This document shows, one piece after another, positions 37,377 through 52,072 of a DNA stretch of 64,000 nt. Made by a program: the position numbers and the translations under genes. The stretch is from Selaginella moellendorffii. Taxonomy: Eukaryota; Plantae; Lycopodiophyta. The stretch lies in assembly GCF_000143415.4 (NCBI RefSeq), contig NW_003314458.1:1-64000 (forward strand), written 5' to 3'. Within the stretch, counting starts at the first letter, position 1; each line of letters begins with the position of its first letter. The notes below the pieces were generated by a model. The model saw only the letters and a program-made list of their open reading frames with translations. It made no database searches and was not told the origin of the DNA.

Positions 37377-40300
37377 GTTAATTTGGGCATGGGATAAAGA
37401 CCATTGTGTTCAGAATAATCTCTACATTCCATAGATATGCCAAATTAGTAAATCTAGACACTTTCCATAAATAACAATTGGGATCAAATAGAACTAACAC
37501 AAAGTACATGATAGTGAGAGTGTTTGGCAAACACGGTTGAAAATAATCAAAAGGAACAATTCGGGAGAACAATGGCTCTCAGCTTCCATTTACGAGAGCA
37601 TGAACTTGCAGAGAAACATGGTGGATTGTAAGCAACCAAAGGAAATAGCTTGGGAGACGATCCATTGGGGTTCAAATATAGAGGGAAAGGGCCCATGAAT
37701 AAGAGTGCACCCCTTTTTCCAATCGGTTAAAATTTTTGGGATATTTGGGGTTAAGTGTCCTTGGGTTTGAATAGTACTAAGTTGGGTGACCTCCCAGGAA
37801 GTCCAAACTCAAGAACTTACAACGGTAAACTATCATTTAGTGAATATTAAGGGATTAAGCTTAATATTGCAAGGGTTCCCAACACTAGTAAGTGCAAGCT
37901 AACAACATGAGTTTCTCATCACTGTGTCAAGTATGCTTGACTAAATGACAACTTTGGATTTCGTTCCTTAGTGCCCTTCGGGTCTAAGTGCACATGTGAT
38001 GACCAGTTTCTCAACTAGCTTAGGTAGAGACTGATAAAGAATCTAACAATATTGACCTTTTGTCATCATGGCAGTAAAAAAAGAATATCTAAAAGGAATA
38101 GTCAATAAGTAACTTTTGATACCCAAAGTCTCATTTGCGACACTCTCCCCCCTTTAGGGAAGATCGATGTCCTTGTTGATGCATACTATAGTCTCGAGCA
38201 CTGCCAAGGAAACAACTCCAGAACAAGTTCACGATGTTCATACTGTGTGAGAAATGCACAACTTAAATGAATTTTGAAGCAACCTCTTTGTCTAATGTAG
38301 ATGCACTACCAACTCAGACACCTTCTGGCCGTTGCCAACAAGGAAATGACCAATGGAGTTAGCCACCCTTGCTGCTCTAGCTGTCACCCAGCTTACAAAA
38401 GTGTGATACGCCCCTGCCCATAGGGACATAGAGAGAAGTTAGAGGTCTCAACTATAGCACACGTGGTTTTTACCCTTTATCCTATGGTGATTTACCATAG
38501 GATAACCACGAAGCAGAACCTAAACCCTCCATGTGCCATGTGTCATATACCACATGTCCAAAGGACAGTGGTGTGGAATTCAAGTTTTAGGGCCTTGGGC
38601 CACTGAATGAAGGAATTGTGCCAAACTCCCAAGCATGGAGCCAAGGAGCAATAGCACTGGAGCACGGAACGACTCCTGAGCATACAGCCCAAAAAGTGAA
38701 GGGATAAGAGCATAGAGAAACTTGGAACAGTCCTAGAGTATCTAGCATCCCAATGCCAGGACCAACATACAAAATGGAGCCAAACGGAGTCTGGTGCTAT
38801 TTCAGCATACCAGTGGCCTAACGCAAAGATATGGGCACTCCACTAGTTAACATTGAATGAAACTTGAGCTTAGACTCAAACTAGATGCAGAACAAGGACA
38901 AGCACGCAAGTGGGAGTTAGACTATACCTTAGGTTGATCAACCATGCCCAACCTACCCACTATCCTTACTATACATTTAGACCCCCCATCTTGAGGAACA
39001 CATGCTTTGGGCTTTCACCCCAAGCCTCCCTTAGTATCAAGAGTTACTCTCTAGGACAAGTTCGAAACTTACTAAATATGGAATTGTGAATTTGGACACG
39101 GGACGAACACCATCATGTTTAGGCCAATCTCTACATTCCATAGATATGCCAAATGAGCAAATCTAGGCACTTTCCATAAATAGCATTTGGAACCAAAATG
39201 AGACTAACACAAAAGGTATGATAGCAAGGGTGTTTAGCAGACACAGTAAGATATCATCTAACCAATATTGAGGGACCAAGCTCAATATCATGAGGGTTCC
39301 CAACACTAGCAAGTGCAAGTCAACGAATGAGTTTCTCTAACCAAATCAAGTATGCTTGACTAATAGCACTTAGGAATTCTGTCCTTATGCTCATCTGGTC
39401 AAGTGCACACGCGAAGATCAGTTTCTCAACTAGCTTAGGCGGAGACTGATAAAGGACTTAGCAGTAAGGAAAGAATATTCGAAAGAAATAGTTGACAAAT
39501 AACTTTCGATACCTAAAGTCACATTCGCAACACTCTCCCCCCCTTTGGGAAGATCGACATCCTTGTCGATGCATACTCCAATCTAGACCATTGCCAAGGA
39601 AACAACTCTAGAAAAAGTTCACGATGATCACACTATATGAGAAATGCACCAACTTAAATGAGTTAGGAGGCAACTTTTTTGTCTAATGCGGATGCACTAC
39701 CAACTCAGACACCTTTCGCCGTCGCTGACAAGGAAATGACCAACGGAGTCAGCCACCCTTGCTGCTCTGGGTGTCACCCAGCTTACAAAAGTGTGATACG
39801 CCCCTACCTGCAGGGATATAGAGAGAGAAGCCTTAGGCCCCAACCCTCATAAGCAAAGAAACCAAACCTATCAGTAAGGTTTAGATAGACTATTATAAAT
39901 AGACAGTTAGAGTTGTTTACACGGTCACACCTTTTTAACGGAATAAAGAACATCGATAGAGAGGTGGGTTATGTGACTAGTCGACAATAGCTACCCCATG
40001 ACTAAAGATTTCACCATGCACACGAAGTGTCGAAGCTAGTTTGCCTATATTGGCCCAAACCCAAAGATTAGCAGATAGACAATATCAGAGTCATAAACAA
40101 TGATATTTTAGAGTCTTAATTATCAGTGATTAAATCTTAGATTAGAACACTAAATATTCCAAGTAAGTTATCATCTGATAAACCAGTATTTGAATATATG
40201 AACCACCAAGATTAGTATGTTTGGAAAATATAGAATTCACTATCTAACAAAATTTAATAGCAAGTGTATCATCAAGAAAACTCAATGATAAAACTTAACT

Positions 40301-43204
40301 ATCAAAGATTGCAGATAGAATGCCAAACAACTTACAAAAGATAACTTAAAGAACACAAAGTATCATTGACTGACAAACAAAATGCTCACGAATGTATCAC
40401 TTAAAGGAAATAACATCCAAATCTATCAAAACTAACTTAAACAATAATCAATAGAACAAAATGAATGTTGTATGACTAACAAACACTCGTTCATGCTAAC
40501 TATTGCACTAGCCAATTTGTATAAATCTCGGTCAATAACACCAAGGAACTAGAGTTGTTCAAGTGAGTGTCAGCAACATCCTACCAATGTCTCAAACCCA
40601 AAAGACCAATCCAGAGTAAACCACAAAGAACATGTGATATTGTGAGAAGGCATAAGCCATCAAAAAAACAACTAACTATCATAAAAGATCATCAACCATC
40701 CTATGAATAGAGAAATACATAATCATCATCAAAGAAAAAATTCACCATCCCGAAGAACAGCAAAACATTCTATATCAACAATAATCAAGCAAAACCTTTG
40801 ATAAGGATAATCAACTCCCAGATGACAGTCAATCATCACTAATGATTGCCAAATGCAAATATTAACTTTAATATCAAAGCTAATGAGCCAAAATACCTTC
40901 CCCAACAACTCTTAACAAATGGAGCAATGAGCATAAACCTCAAAGTCTAAAAGCTCGAAGGATCCTATACCCAAGTCTTGCCTAACAATAATCATGAGTC
41001 TCGCATGAACTAACTTTAATGCTAAAGAAGAAATCATAGCATAATTCATAATATCCTCCTCAACACATCTATAAACTAAACTTTATACTGCAAAAGCTAA
41101 TGAAGTGCATGTTTGCATCAATCCAAAAGCTAAGCATAAAAAAGTTATGCTTAATAAGTGATTATCTAATCAATCCTCTATGAATCCATCTATAGCAAGA
41201 CGCAACTCATTAAATAACAAGCACAAGAAGAATCATCAATAATCAATATATTCCAACTCAAATCCAATAAGGATTCAAACATTTTAATATCGATCACTAA
41301 CTCTTCCTCTCGTAAAGCTAGCATAGTCCATGACTAAATCACTTTTCAAGGGAAAGCTCAAAACTCAACCTCGACTAAGCAATCTCATCTAGAACACAAC
41401 TAACTCAACTTGCCACTCAGTTTATTTAAACGTTAATACAGTTGCTAACTAGCAATTGTACAAATGCCAACAACATAAAGCTACAGCCCAAGTATCAACA
41501 CTATGTACATCGAGACTAATGAAACTCAATATCAATCCTACGGAGAGACATCTTATCCCACTTGAATCTTAATAATAATAATGTCAACAACAAAACATCA
41601 CTTTAATACCATCAACACTAGAACAAAGCTAAAAGAAAGCAAGTGTGAATCACCACTTAAAGCTTTTCAGCAACTAAGTTAACCAAAGTCAAAGATACTA
41701 TACTTAATATCCAAGACCAATCCTCCAACAATACTCAGTTTCAGATAACACATCATCAAAGAGTGATTCACCATATCCAAGACTCAATAAAATCTAACAC
41801 CACAGACTAAACGTAACCAAATGACATCGACAAAGGAATCGATATGCTAACATGGAAAACCCATGTAAGTTTGAATGACACGATCCTCCGCAACACCATC
41901 TGGTAAAGCAAGCCCATCACCGATAAATCATCATCGAGCGAAGCAAGTGTCAAACAGTTCTTGACAAAGTCTACAAGCAATCACTAGTTGTCAAGTAATT
42001 AATAATCACTCTTTCAACTTGCCTTCACAAGATCTAAACACTAAACTTATGCCATTGAGTCATAAACTTGTCCAACATGAATGTAATACCTTAGGCACGA
42101 GATAAAGGTTCATGGACAAGCACGAACTAAATGACTACCCGAATCCAACTCAATTGCAATAAGTTCACCGACATGTCTAGCCAACAACTCTGAGCATGCC
42201 TTGAAGAGGTTGGCTATGCATGATTAACACTTAGTCGAAACTAAAGTAAAGACCATGAGATAGACTCATAATGGTACACAACCTCCTCATAGACAAAGCT
42301 ATAGTACGGGTACCAACATCTCAATTTTAAACAACTAAGTTGGATATTACCATCCTCAGCCAAGGCGCAAGGCCACCAAGACCAAGTCAGTGAGAGCTCA
42401 TTACCCTCATAGAGTTTAACAAAATGCAAAGTGCAACTTGCCACCCAGCAAAATGCTATAAAAGAAAGGCATAAGGGCCACCTTTCTAGAAAAGCATAAC
42501 AGCCATTTTTCTGCACGAACTCCAAACTCTATCCAACTCAATTATCTTAGGTTCAAAAGTTAGCATCCCTTTTGGGCCGCAACATACAAAGTACCTACTA
42601 AGGTCTAAGCTAACCAAAATTAACTCTAACCCCTTCATTAGTTTATACTGGTTTACGAAAACGGAATGGTTTTTGAGCAAAATGATCAATAAATCAGTCA
42701 TTGAATAAGTCTAAAAAAATTTGTGGAAAAATTTCTATCCTATAAAAAGAATGACTCTTGGTCCAGGAATGTAAACTTTCAAGACTCAACTAACTTCTTC
42801 CTACCAACAACTTCACATAGGTTCACCTTAACACAAAATTTTGAGACCCATAGTATGCTTATGCATCGAGCATCATGCCCATATTTTTGACATCCAATAT
42901 CGACATCCACAATATTCAAAATGAACATCTAAGATTCGATCACAAATATTATATCTTTAGATATCTAAATTGCACTAACACTCTTTTTCAACCACCTTCA
43001 AGATCTAATATGAAGCCAAAACACTAACAAGAAAAATAACATGGAAAATAAAGTTTTAAAGAAAATTCTTCATCACTTAAAACAATAATTCCACTTCCAC
43101 TAACACAAGTGCTAGCAATGTCAATGCCTCAATTACTCACCTTCTCCATCCAACAATTTACTCCAAGTGCTAATGAATAAATTAACAAGCTATAGCAAGT
43201 GAAT

Positions 43205-43423
43205 TGTAATGCACTTTATCTCTCTCCTCTTAAATCAATTGGAAAAAGGGCAATTGCTTGATAAAATAGCCATTGAAACTTGGGTTTTGCACCACTATCC
43301 TTGGACACATGGCATGTGGCATGTGGAATGTGACACGTGGTGCATAAAGGGTTTAGGTTCCGCTTCATGGTTATTCTATGGTAAATCACTATAGGATAAA
43401 GGGTGAAAACCACATGTGTTACA
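43205..43423 (+). mobile_element. 219-bp miniature solo-LTR-like insertion
   Basis: TGTAA...TTACA ends with 5-bp TSD TGAAT on both sides; the 3' part matches the LTR end at ~33640-33755. Confidence 0.8.
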
Positions 43424-44113
43424 TGAATGATATAACCTTTTCCAACACCTTAATAGGCAAATCCCCAGAAAACAAGTACCAGCTTAGCATATCATGGATC
43501 ACCATTGAGAACTTAGTCAAAGCTACTACAATATTACTATGTGCAAGTAGACTAGCATCACTATCAACCATTTTGGGGTTGATCATCGTTTAACCAAGCA
43601 ACTTTGTAAACACATTACTCATGATCACATAGATATGATATGGAAATCACAATGACTTGATCATCAATTAAGCAACACCACAAGCAACACCCATATCATT
43701 ATTACAAAGGTTTATGTGAGTATCAAGTGCTAGCTTGATTCGATAAAATGCAACATAAATGCCACACCCCACCGATAGAGATTTACAACACAGACAAACT
43801 CATGCCATTCTCTTTCTAACAAAACTCAAAACTAATCCAATACCAAGCTACTCAAAGAGCAATAGCAAAGTTCCCTGAAGAAAGAATTGAACATTGTAAC
43901 CCAAGTCTTCCAATAGCAAGCCTAGACAAAATGGCATAGTGCTTCACTGCTATCCATCCCATAACTCACCACTTGTAAAACCATCACCACCAACATGCAC
44001 CAAAATAGGGACTCTTGATTTGCATACTGTGAACACGAGCAATGAGTTAGCATCTCGTTGTGAGCCATTTATCTGTGAAGAGAAAATGATTTACATGTTT
44101 GATCCTTTGTCCC

Positions 44114-44265
44114 TGTAGCGCATGTGATCATGAGATGAGATTTGGATATATTATCACTGTGGATCCTTAGAACCTTGGGGGATAAAATAACCACTAAGGC
44201 CTCTTTCATCAAGCAATTGCCCTTTTTCTAGTTGACTTAAGGGGAGAGAGATAAGGTGCATTACA
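44114..44265 (-). mobile_element. 152-bp miniature solo-LTR-like insertion
   Basis: TGTA...TACA ends with TSD GTCCC on both sides; the right end is the reverse complement of the start of the 43205 insertion. Confidence 0.8.
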
Positions 44266-45159
44266 GTCCCTGACGACTCTCTTTTCAGTCTCATCTTTGA
44301 CCCAATCTCAAACTTGCTTTTGCACTGCCTTTAGTCCAATCTAAGAAAAATTTATGAGAGAGCACGGCAATGACTACTTGAATCAATCAAGATTAATCCC
44401 TACAATCTTAATTGATCCACTTATAATCATTCCTAAGAAGAATCCATTAGTACCATGCTAAACAGCTACGAACTAGCTTATTTGCCACTCTTACCAAACC
44501 CAAAAGAGGTTTACTTTTACCCAAGGTACATGGAACAACTTATGGAACCACCGATAGGCTAACATTAATCTTGCCAACTCAAACGTAATCTCCTCACTCA
44601 CAAGCCCAAGCGCAACACACGTTTTGGGCTTTCACCTCAAGCCTCCCTTAGTATCAGAAGTTAGTCTCTAGGACAAACTCAAAACTTACTAAATATGAAA
44701 TGTCCCTAGATTGTGAATTTGGACACGGGATGAACACTATTGTGTTCATGACAATCTCTACATTCCATAGATATGCCAAATGAGCAAATCTAGATACTTT
44801 CCATAAATAGCATTTGGGAACGAAATGAGATTAACACAAAGGGCATGATAATGAGGGTGTTTGGCAAACACAGTAAGCTATCATCCAGCGATATTGAGGG
44901 ACTAATCCCAATACATGAGGGTTCTTGTCACGCCAGTGCAAGATGGCTGAATAGACACTTAGGAATTCTGTCCTTATGCTCATTCATCCAAGTATAGATG
45001 CAAAGTCCAGTTTACTAATACTTGAACAAGAGGGACTGGTAAAGGGTCTAGCAATACTAACCTCCTACCGTCGTGGCAGTAAGGAAAGAATATTCGAAAG
45101 GACTAGCCAACAAGTAGCTTTTGATACCCGAAGTCACATTCATGACAATAACTGCTTTG

Positions 45160-46140
45160 CATAAGTCTCAACGGTCGGGACCAACACTTCAGACATTGGT
45201 TTCAGTACAACATCCTATTGAAGCACTCCACAAGCATTCCCTTGCAGCATCTCCCATGGAGAACAGCCAATAGTGCTATGAAATGTGTTGTTATAACAGA
45301 TTTTTTCTGTATCCAATGCTCAACCCAGTCACGTTAGTCTGTCGCAACATAGTACCACAGATAATCCTCAACTTGAGCATTCACATGTTTGGTTTGCCCA
45401 TTAGTTTGAGGATGATAAGCCGTACTAAACTTCAACTTGGTACCAAACAACTAGAACAGTATGCCCCAAAACTTCCCCGTAAATCTCAAATCTCTATTCG
45501 AGATCATCTCTTTAGGAAGACCATGAACCGGAACTACTTCATGGAAAAAGAGCTTTGCTATTTGTTTCGCATTCATTGTTCCCATAGTTGGAATGAAATG
45601 TGCAATCTTTGACAACTGATCCAAATCCACCATCAAAGTATCATAACCCTTAGACTTCGGCAAACAAGTGACAAAATCAAGGGTCACACTCTGAAATAGC
45701 CATACTGGTGCTGGAATGCACTGCAACTTTCTAGCCTACTTCTCAGTTCTACGCTTATATTGTTGGCATAAAGGGCAGGAATGGCATAGTCCGCTACATC
45801 ACCTTCCATACCAAACCAGAAAAATCCCTTTTTCAACGAAGCCAGAGTCTTTCGCTTTCCACCATGTCCTGCTGCCGGAACATCATGATGTTCCCGCAAA
45901 AACAATTGCTGCAGGTCCTTAGAGGGAAGATACAATCTTTTTTGCTTATAGAATATAAGCCTATCCTGAACTGAAGTGAAGCTTCACATTGGTTCAATTA
46001 GCAACTTTCGCTACCTTGCTACCAAGGTTCTGCTTCGACAACTCCGCACGGTGCAAGATTGCTTTCGCCAACGACTCACTTCTATACGAAGCCCGAACAT
46101 CCTCCAACTAGTCCAAACTGATTGCTGATATTGCCCGGAA
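45160..46140 (-). pseudogene. pol: Ty3/Gypsy integrase remnant
   Basis: LREHHDVPAAGHGG...FFWFGM, SVTLDFVTCLPKSKGYD, VHGLPKEMISNRDLRFTGKFW; frameshifted. Confidence 0.85.
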
Positions 46141-48230
46141 CTAAGTTGTACCTCATACAAGGTGATACCCTATGTATTCTCATGCCTCCACTATTCTAAT
46201 TCATCCCTGTCGCTTTTGTATTTTGGAAGGAAACACTATTTATGAAAACTCTGCATTTATGTTTACCCTTTACTCCAATGGACCTAATGAAGACATGTTC
46301 AAGACAGATTCAAACTAGCAGGTATTCTTAAAGAACCATAGAACTGCACATCATCTCTTTCAGGGAAATTTATGAGGTGTTTGTGAGGCTCTGAAGTGTT
46401 AACCTCCTCTGGATATTTTTCAATAATGGAAAAAAACCTTTAAAACATGAATGGTACTTTTTCACTGCTTCTTTCATGTTTTATGGTAGTCAGGTTACAA
46501 CTTCTGGAATTCTATGAGCAGCGTTTGAGGAATGTCTAGAGAATGAGAAATTGTAAGGTGTAGTATGATATTTTCTTGCTCTAATAAATAGTTAAATAGT
46601 AGTACATTGTATTGCCTGTTGTAGCCTTTGTGGCTTTGCTTGACTATAAAACAATGCTTACAAGGTCAGAATGTCACAAGCAGATATTTCATAAAGATGT
46701 CAGTCTCTTGCCACTTCACTCTTAGACAATGAAATCAGATAAATGAATCACCCAAGACAAAATGTGGAAGAAGAATAGAATTGGATTCATCACCTTTGCA
46801 AATACCTAGATAGACATATATCCTTGCAAGAGGAAGAGATCTAACATCATTTGCATTGCCTGACACTAGATTGATGAGCTTCCTTAGAATGGCTTGTGGT
46901 GCACCACAGGGAGCATAGAAACATAAGTTCGGGCCACAAAGGTCACCATTTCAAACTTATTATCAAATGGCCCTTAAAAATGTGTTACAATCCACTGCTA
47001 CAAAAACTAACACCATATGTGTATGCAAATAATGGTATCCTAGGGTCACAATCTCCTATTTTAATAGTCCAAGCTAACACATTAGCGCATATGAGAGAAG
47101 ATGAGACTTTATAGTACGCCATCACAATATAGTGAATTGTGAATAGTGAAAATATGAGACAGTGATAGGTGGGCTAGAGAAGGATGTTAGAGAAAAACCA
47201 TATAATGGACTTCGTATGTGCACAGAGAAAGATTAAGGAAGGTTGCTAATCTTACAAAAAAATATTTACTATCTATATCAAAAAGTATATTTGTATTTTG
47301 CTATTTAGAGAAATTGTTGGTGATGTATATATTCCAAACATGCAATTCTTAAGAATATCTGAAAATATCATTATTTTTGTAGAAAACTCTACACTTGAAG
47401 ACTTAAGAAAATTATTCTCACTTATAAAAATCCTTGAAAAATGTCAAAATTAAAATTAATGTAAATCAAAGCTATATACATGTGAATTGTAAGTTTTTTA
47501 TAAATTCTATTAAAAACTATTTAAATTTTTTTTTATATCTTGATAATTATATTATGTTAAAATTTGAAAAAATATAAAAATTTCATTATATTATTCTTAT
47601 AGATTGTAAAATTTTAGATCTAAGTTTATTTTTGTAATTTTATAGTATTTATAATGAAAGTATAAAAAAATAAGAATTATAGAGGATAAAAATATTAACA
47701 ACACTTTAATCACAAATAATAATATTAATACAACAATTTATATTAATTTAAAATAAAATTCAAATTAAAATAACCTTAAATTTTATTATATTTTGATGAA
47801 GTTATTATATTATCTTAAATATAATAAATATATTAAATATATTAAATATATTAAAAATAGTATAGTGTTAAATACTCTTGATATATTGGTAACTTATATT
47901 CTGGTTAGAAAGGTTTTACACATGTATAAATATTTTTAAAAATATTTTTTTTATCTTTACCAACTGAGTTGTATTTTTCTCACAAATGTTTCATGTAATT
48001 TTCTCTATTTTGAAACAATTAATCTGCTTTTTATAAAATACTTAATTTACCATTTGAACTAACAGGATATTTTTCTTATGCTTAGGTATGGATTGAGATA
48101 ATACAATATTGAATCAAAAGATTAAACTCATGTAAAGCTTTAAGAAAAACCTGTTTAATGTTTTATAATAAAATTATGTGTTCATGCCTCAGTGATGGTG
48201 CTCGCCTTCTCATCTGTGTTGTCTTCTGCA

Positions 48231-48330
48231 NNNNNNNNNNNNNNNNNNNNNNNNNNNNNNNNNNNNNNNNNNNNNNNNNNNNNNNNNNNNNNNNNNNNNN
48301 NNNNNNNNNNNNNNNNNNNNNNNNNNNNNN
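48231..48330. other. Assembly gap (100 N)
   Basis: Run of N. Confidence 1.
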
Positions 48331-50359
48331 CTATTCAGATGCAATATTTATCCATTCTTCTTAATAATATATAAGTTATATGAAGATTTCAAAGAAAATA
48401 AAACTTCAGTCTTTTAGCACAAAGAATAACATTAAATTATAAATTATAACATTACGCTTTGAGTAGTAATGAGTTTGATAAAACTTATATTAGATTAAAA
48501 ATATTTATGAGAACTTATTCTACTATTATTGTGGCATTTAAAGTAAAAATAGATATTTAAGATTATATTAAAAACATTTATATATATACTATCTTCTCTT
48601 TCCAGCCACACGTGCATCCTACCCAGATCAATAAACTAATTAAACCCAAAAACAATAGTCATTTTTGAAAATATAAAAAAATAAGTTAAAAACAAATTAT
48701 GATTTTAGGTGGATAATTAGTGAGAGAAAATTCAAAGAAAAAACAATTTTTTATTATCTTCTACATAATATTAGTTAACTTTAATTAATATTTCTAATAG
48801 AAAAATTGCGAGTGATTGAAAATTTAATTGAATCAGCTTTAAACTTACAATTTTCTATTATGGATTACAACTATAAATTAAACAAATATTATGAATAAAA
48901 TAATTTAATGTATTGATGGAATTAATTATGGCTTTAATGTTGCATGAAAATAAATTATTTTTATTAATAAAAGAACATATATTAAACACAACCCCAATAT
49001 AAAAAAATAAATAACATATTCTTTAAGTTATTAGATTGGATGGATCATTAGTAAGTTGTAGTTAAAATCATATGTTTTTTTCAAGAAGTCTCATTCTTGA
49101 AGTGTGTTCCTGATGTTCCTACTGTTTGACCTTGGAAATAGAAGAAATCCACAAGAAAGTCCCATAGGATTTACTAGGCTAACGTATTTGTATGATAGGG
49201 TTTTCAGAAAGATATCTAACTTTAGGCATCTAGGAAGTCATGTCACTAAATTGAGTGATGGGTAAATAAGAAATCAAAACTCAAATGTTTACAGTCTCTT
49301 TTATTTTTTTAAGAATATTCTTCTCATGTGAGGTTCCTTTACTTTACTTTAATCTAGCCCTTATTTCAAAACATATATTCTTGGTGACAGTTTTCCAGTT
49401 TGGCTTTACTTGCTAGAATTAAGCTTAATAGTTGATAAGCTACCTTAGAAAGGTATTCTTTTTTACTAAAGTGAACCTATGATACAAGGTAAATATATCT
49501 CATAAAAGTGTGTTGCTAAAAGAATGTATTAATTGGAAGAAGGAATCATTGGCACAAGAGGGCATTCTTTTAGATTTGCAACTATTAAAAGTAAAAGGGT
49601 GCAGTTCATGGGACAAGTGTTACTTCTTAGAGAGGAATGAAACAAATATTTATTTATAAATAATGACTTCCTAATGCATTTTGTGCTCATCACATTCTAT
49701 CCTACAGCAACATGTGTTTTATATAAGTTCAAGTACCAACTTAACCTAGTTGCTAGCACTCTTTGAAGTCAAAGGAATCCCTCCCTTTTGGAATATATAT
49801 AAAAAAAAAACAGAGTGCCACAGAATAGCTCTAGCAATGAAACTCACAACTTCATGGATAATTCTAAAACATGGTATAGGAGATTGTCTTGATATACAAA
49901 ACTTTTATAGTTCTATGTGATAAATTATTTCAATGGCTGATGCAATTGCAAGAAAAACTCGTGAAGAGATAATGTGAAATATAAGGAATTCTTGCTAGTT
50001 TGTAGGTGGTCAAATTCTTATTGTGAGAATGAAATGGTCAGTTATATGGATCTCCAAGAAGTTTTAATGCCATATCAAACTCTCAAGGGCATTAATGTTT
50101 AAGCTAAACACAGTGGACATCCTTATTTAATACAAATAGTGCACTCAATCTATTTAACTCCTTGATAGTCTACAAGAATAATGACATACATTTATTCAAT
50201 GACAACTAATGGTGTGTTAATTTCTCATACATTCATCTAGCTGAATTCCTCTTGGCTACAGTTCTACAAGACAAAATTTTTATGAATAATAATATTTTAA
50301 AAAAATGATAGCTGAATACTTTTAAGTTTAATCTAAAATGAAAAGATATGTATATGTGT

Positions 50360-51320
50360 ATAGCCATTACTATAAAGAATGAAAACTGACCTTACCACAT
50401 AATGCAACTATAAATGACAATATGTGCTGAGTAATAGAAGATAAACTCAAACTTATACTAACTAAATAACAAGGGATCTTTTGTTATAAAAATGAGTTTG
50501 GAAAGAGAACACTAAATGAATTGATGCCAATTCTACACCTAAAACGATGGAGAGATCATTAACTTATTCACACAAGGACTCTCCACTACTCATGTGACTC
50601 TTTATTCCTGAAGAATCTCTATGTCAAAACCTTGCACTACAATAGTATTAACATGATATTATTAATACGAAGACGTTAACCCAGTAAATAGATAGTGCCA
50701 ATTTAAAAAGCATTGAAAACTTAGCAAATATCATGGCCACGACCACATCCTCGCCTTTGTCTTTGCAACAGCATCCATCTCCATTAAAACAAGAGCATCT
50801 CCTATAGGAAGTAGAGTTGAAGCATGTACAACTTTAAGTGGGAGAGGTGATGTCTCATAGTATTGTACTAGGTAAAGAGCATTGTCAAGAGTAGCTGGGG
50901 CAAGTGCATGCATAAGTTTCATAAAATCTTGATGAAGTATTAAGCACAACATTCCCAACTTGATTCACTATAAGATATTGACTTTACATATTAGGGAGAA
51001 AGCTTTAATTTACATAAGTGGTTATCCTCAAACCATTATACCATTACAATGCCATCCTTTGAGACATGTGGGAAACTCATATTAATGCCGGGCATCATCA
51101 ATCACCATGAAGTGATCAAACCAATTGTATGTATCATCCTTAAGATTCCCACCGAAGAAATTTGGCCAGATGTAAGAATTGGCATTAAAAGCAAGAGAAG
51201 TTGCACCATACACCATGAATATTACCATCAATTAAGTTTAATTATTCAATTGCAACTCTATAACATCAAACAATTGCATCAATTGCTATTCTATTATAAC
51301 ATTACACTTTTAGTAGCAAT
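50360..51320 (-). pseudogene. Highly decayed retrotransposon gag relic; 50360-50990 is duplicated at 52071-52729
   Basis: Minus-strand fragments PNFFGGNLKDDTYNWFDHF, FPTCLKG/AL*WYNGL and APATLDNALYL...MEMDAV..RRG.GRGR resemble the Gag P..F.G..D...W, P.TL..A..L and PMELD motifs. Confidence 0.45.
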
Positions 51321-51323
51321 GAG

Positions 51324-51771
51324 NNNNNNNNNNNNNNNNNNNNNNNNNNNNNNNNNNNNNNNNNNNNNNNNNNNNNNNNNNNNNNNNNNNNNNNNNNNNN
51401 NNNNNNNNNNNNNNNNNNNNNNNNNNNNNNNNNNNNNNNNNNNNNNNNNNNNNNNNNNNNNNNNNNNNNNNNNNNNNNNNNNNNNNNNNNNNNNNNNNNN
51501 NNNNNNNNNNNNNNNNNNNNNNNNNNNNNNNNNNNNNNNNNNNNNNNNNNNNNNNNNNNNNNNNNNNNNNNNNNNNNNNNNNNNNNNNNNNNNNNNNNNN
51601 NNNNNNNNNNNNNNNNNNNNNNNNNNNNNNNNNNNNNNNNNNNNNNNNNNNNNNNNNNNNNNNNNNNNNNNNNNNNNNNNNNNNNNNNNNNNNNNNNNNN
51701 NNNNNNNNNNNNNNNNNNNNNNNNNNNNNNNNNNNNNNNNNNNNNNNNNNNNNNNNNNNNNNNNNNNNNNN
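51324..51771. other. Assembly gap
   Basis: Run of N. Confidence 1.
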
Positions 51772-51772
51772 N

Positions 51773-52072
<300 letters not shown>

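Larger units (their letters stand above)
37400..45160 (-). mobile_element. Old degenerate LTR-element remnants of the same family, opposite orientation, with several partial LTR copies
   Basis: Repeated blocks (CTCTACATTCCATAGATATGCCAAAT at ~37420, ~39129, ~44756; 37860-38430 similar to 39280-39830) and inverted similarity to 33066-37376. Confidence 0.55.

Noticed and set aside
37627-37821. Possible separate ~195-bp LTR (TGTAAG...CTTACA) after a purine-rich tract, partly mirrored at ~36577-36637
   Set aside because: No TSD or partner LTR could be established, so it is left within the degenerate LTR region.
46150-50340. AT-rich region as a host gene or RT remnant
   Set aside because: No convincing ORF or motif could be read; the region is too decayed and is interrupted by a gap.
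50731-50958. Cys-rich reading (CTCFNS..RCSCFNGDGCCC) suggesting a secreted peptide gene
   Set aside because: That frame has several stops and no signal peptide, while the other frame fits a decayed Gag.
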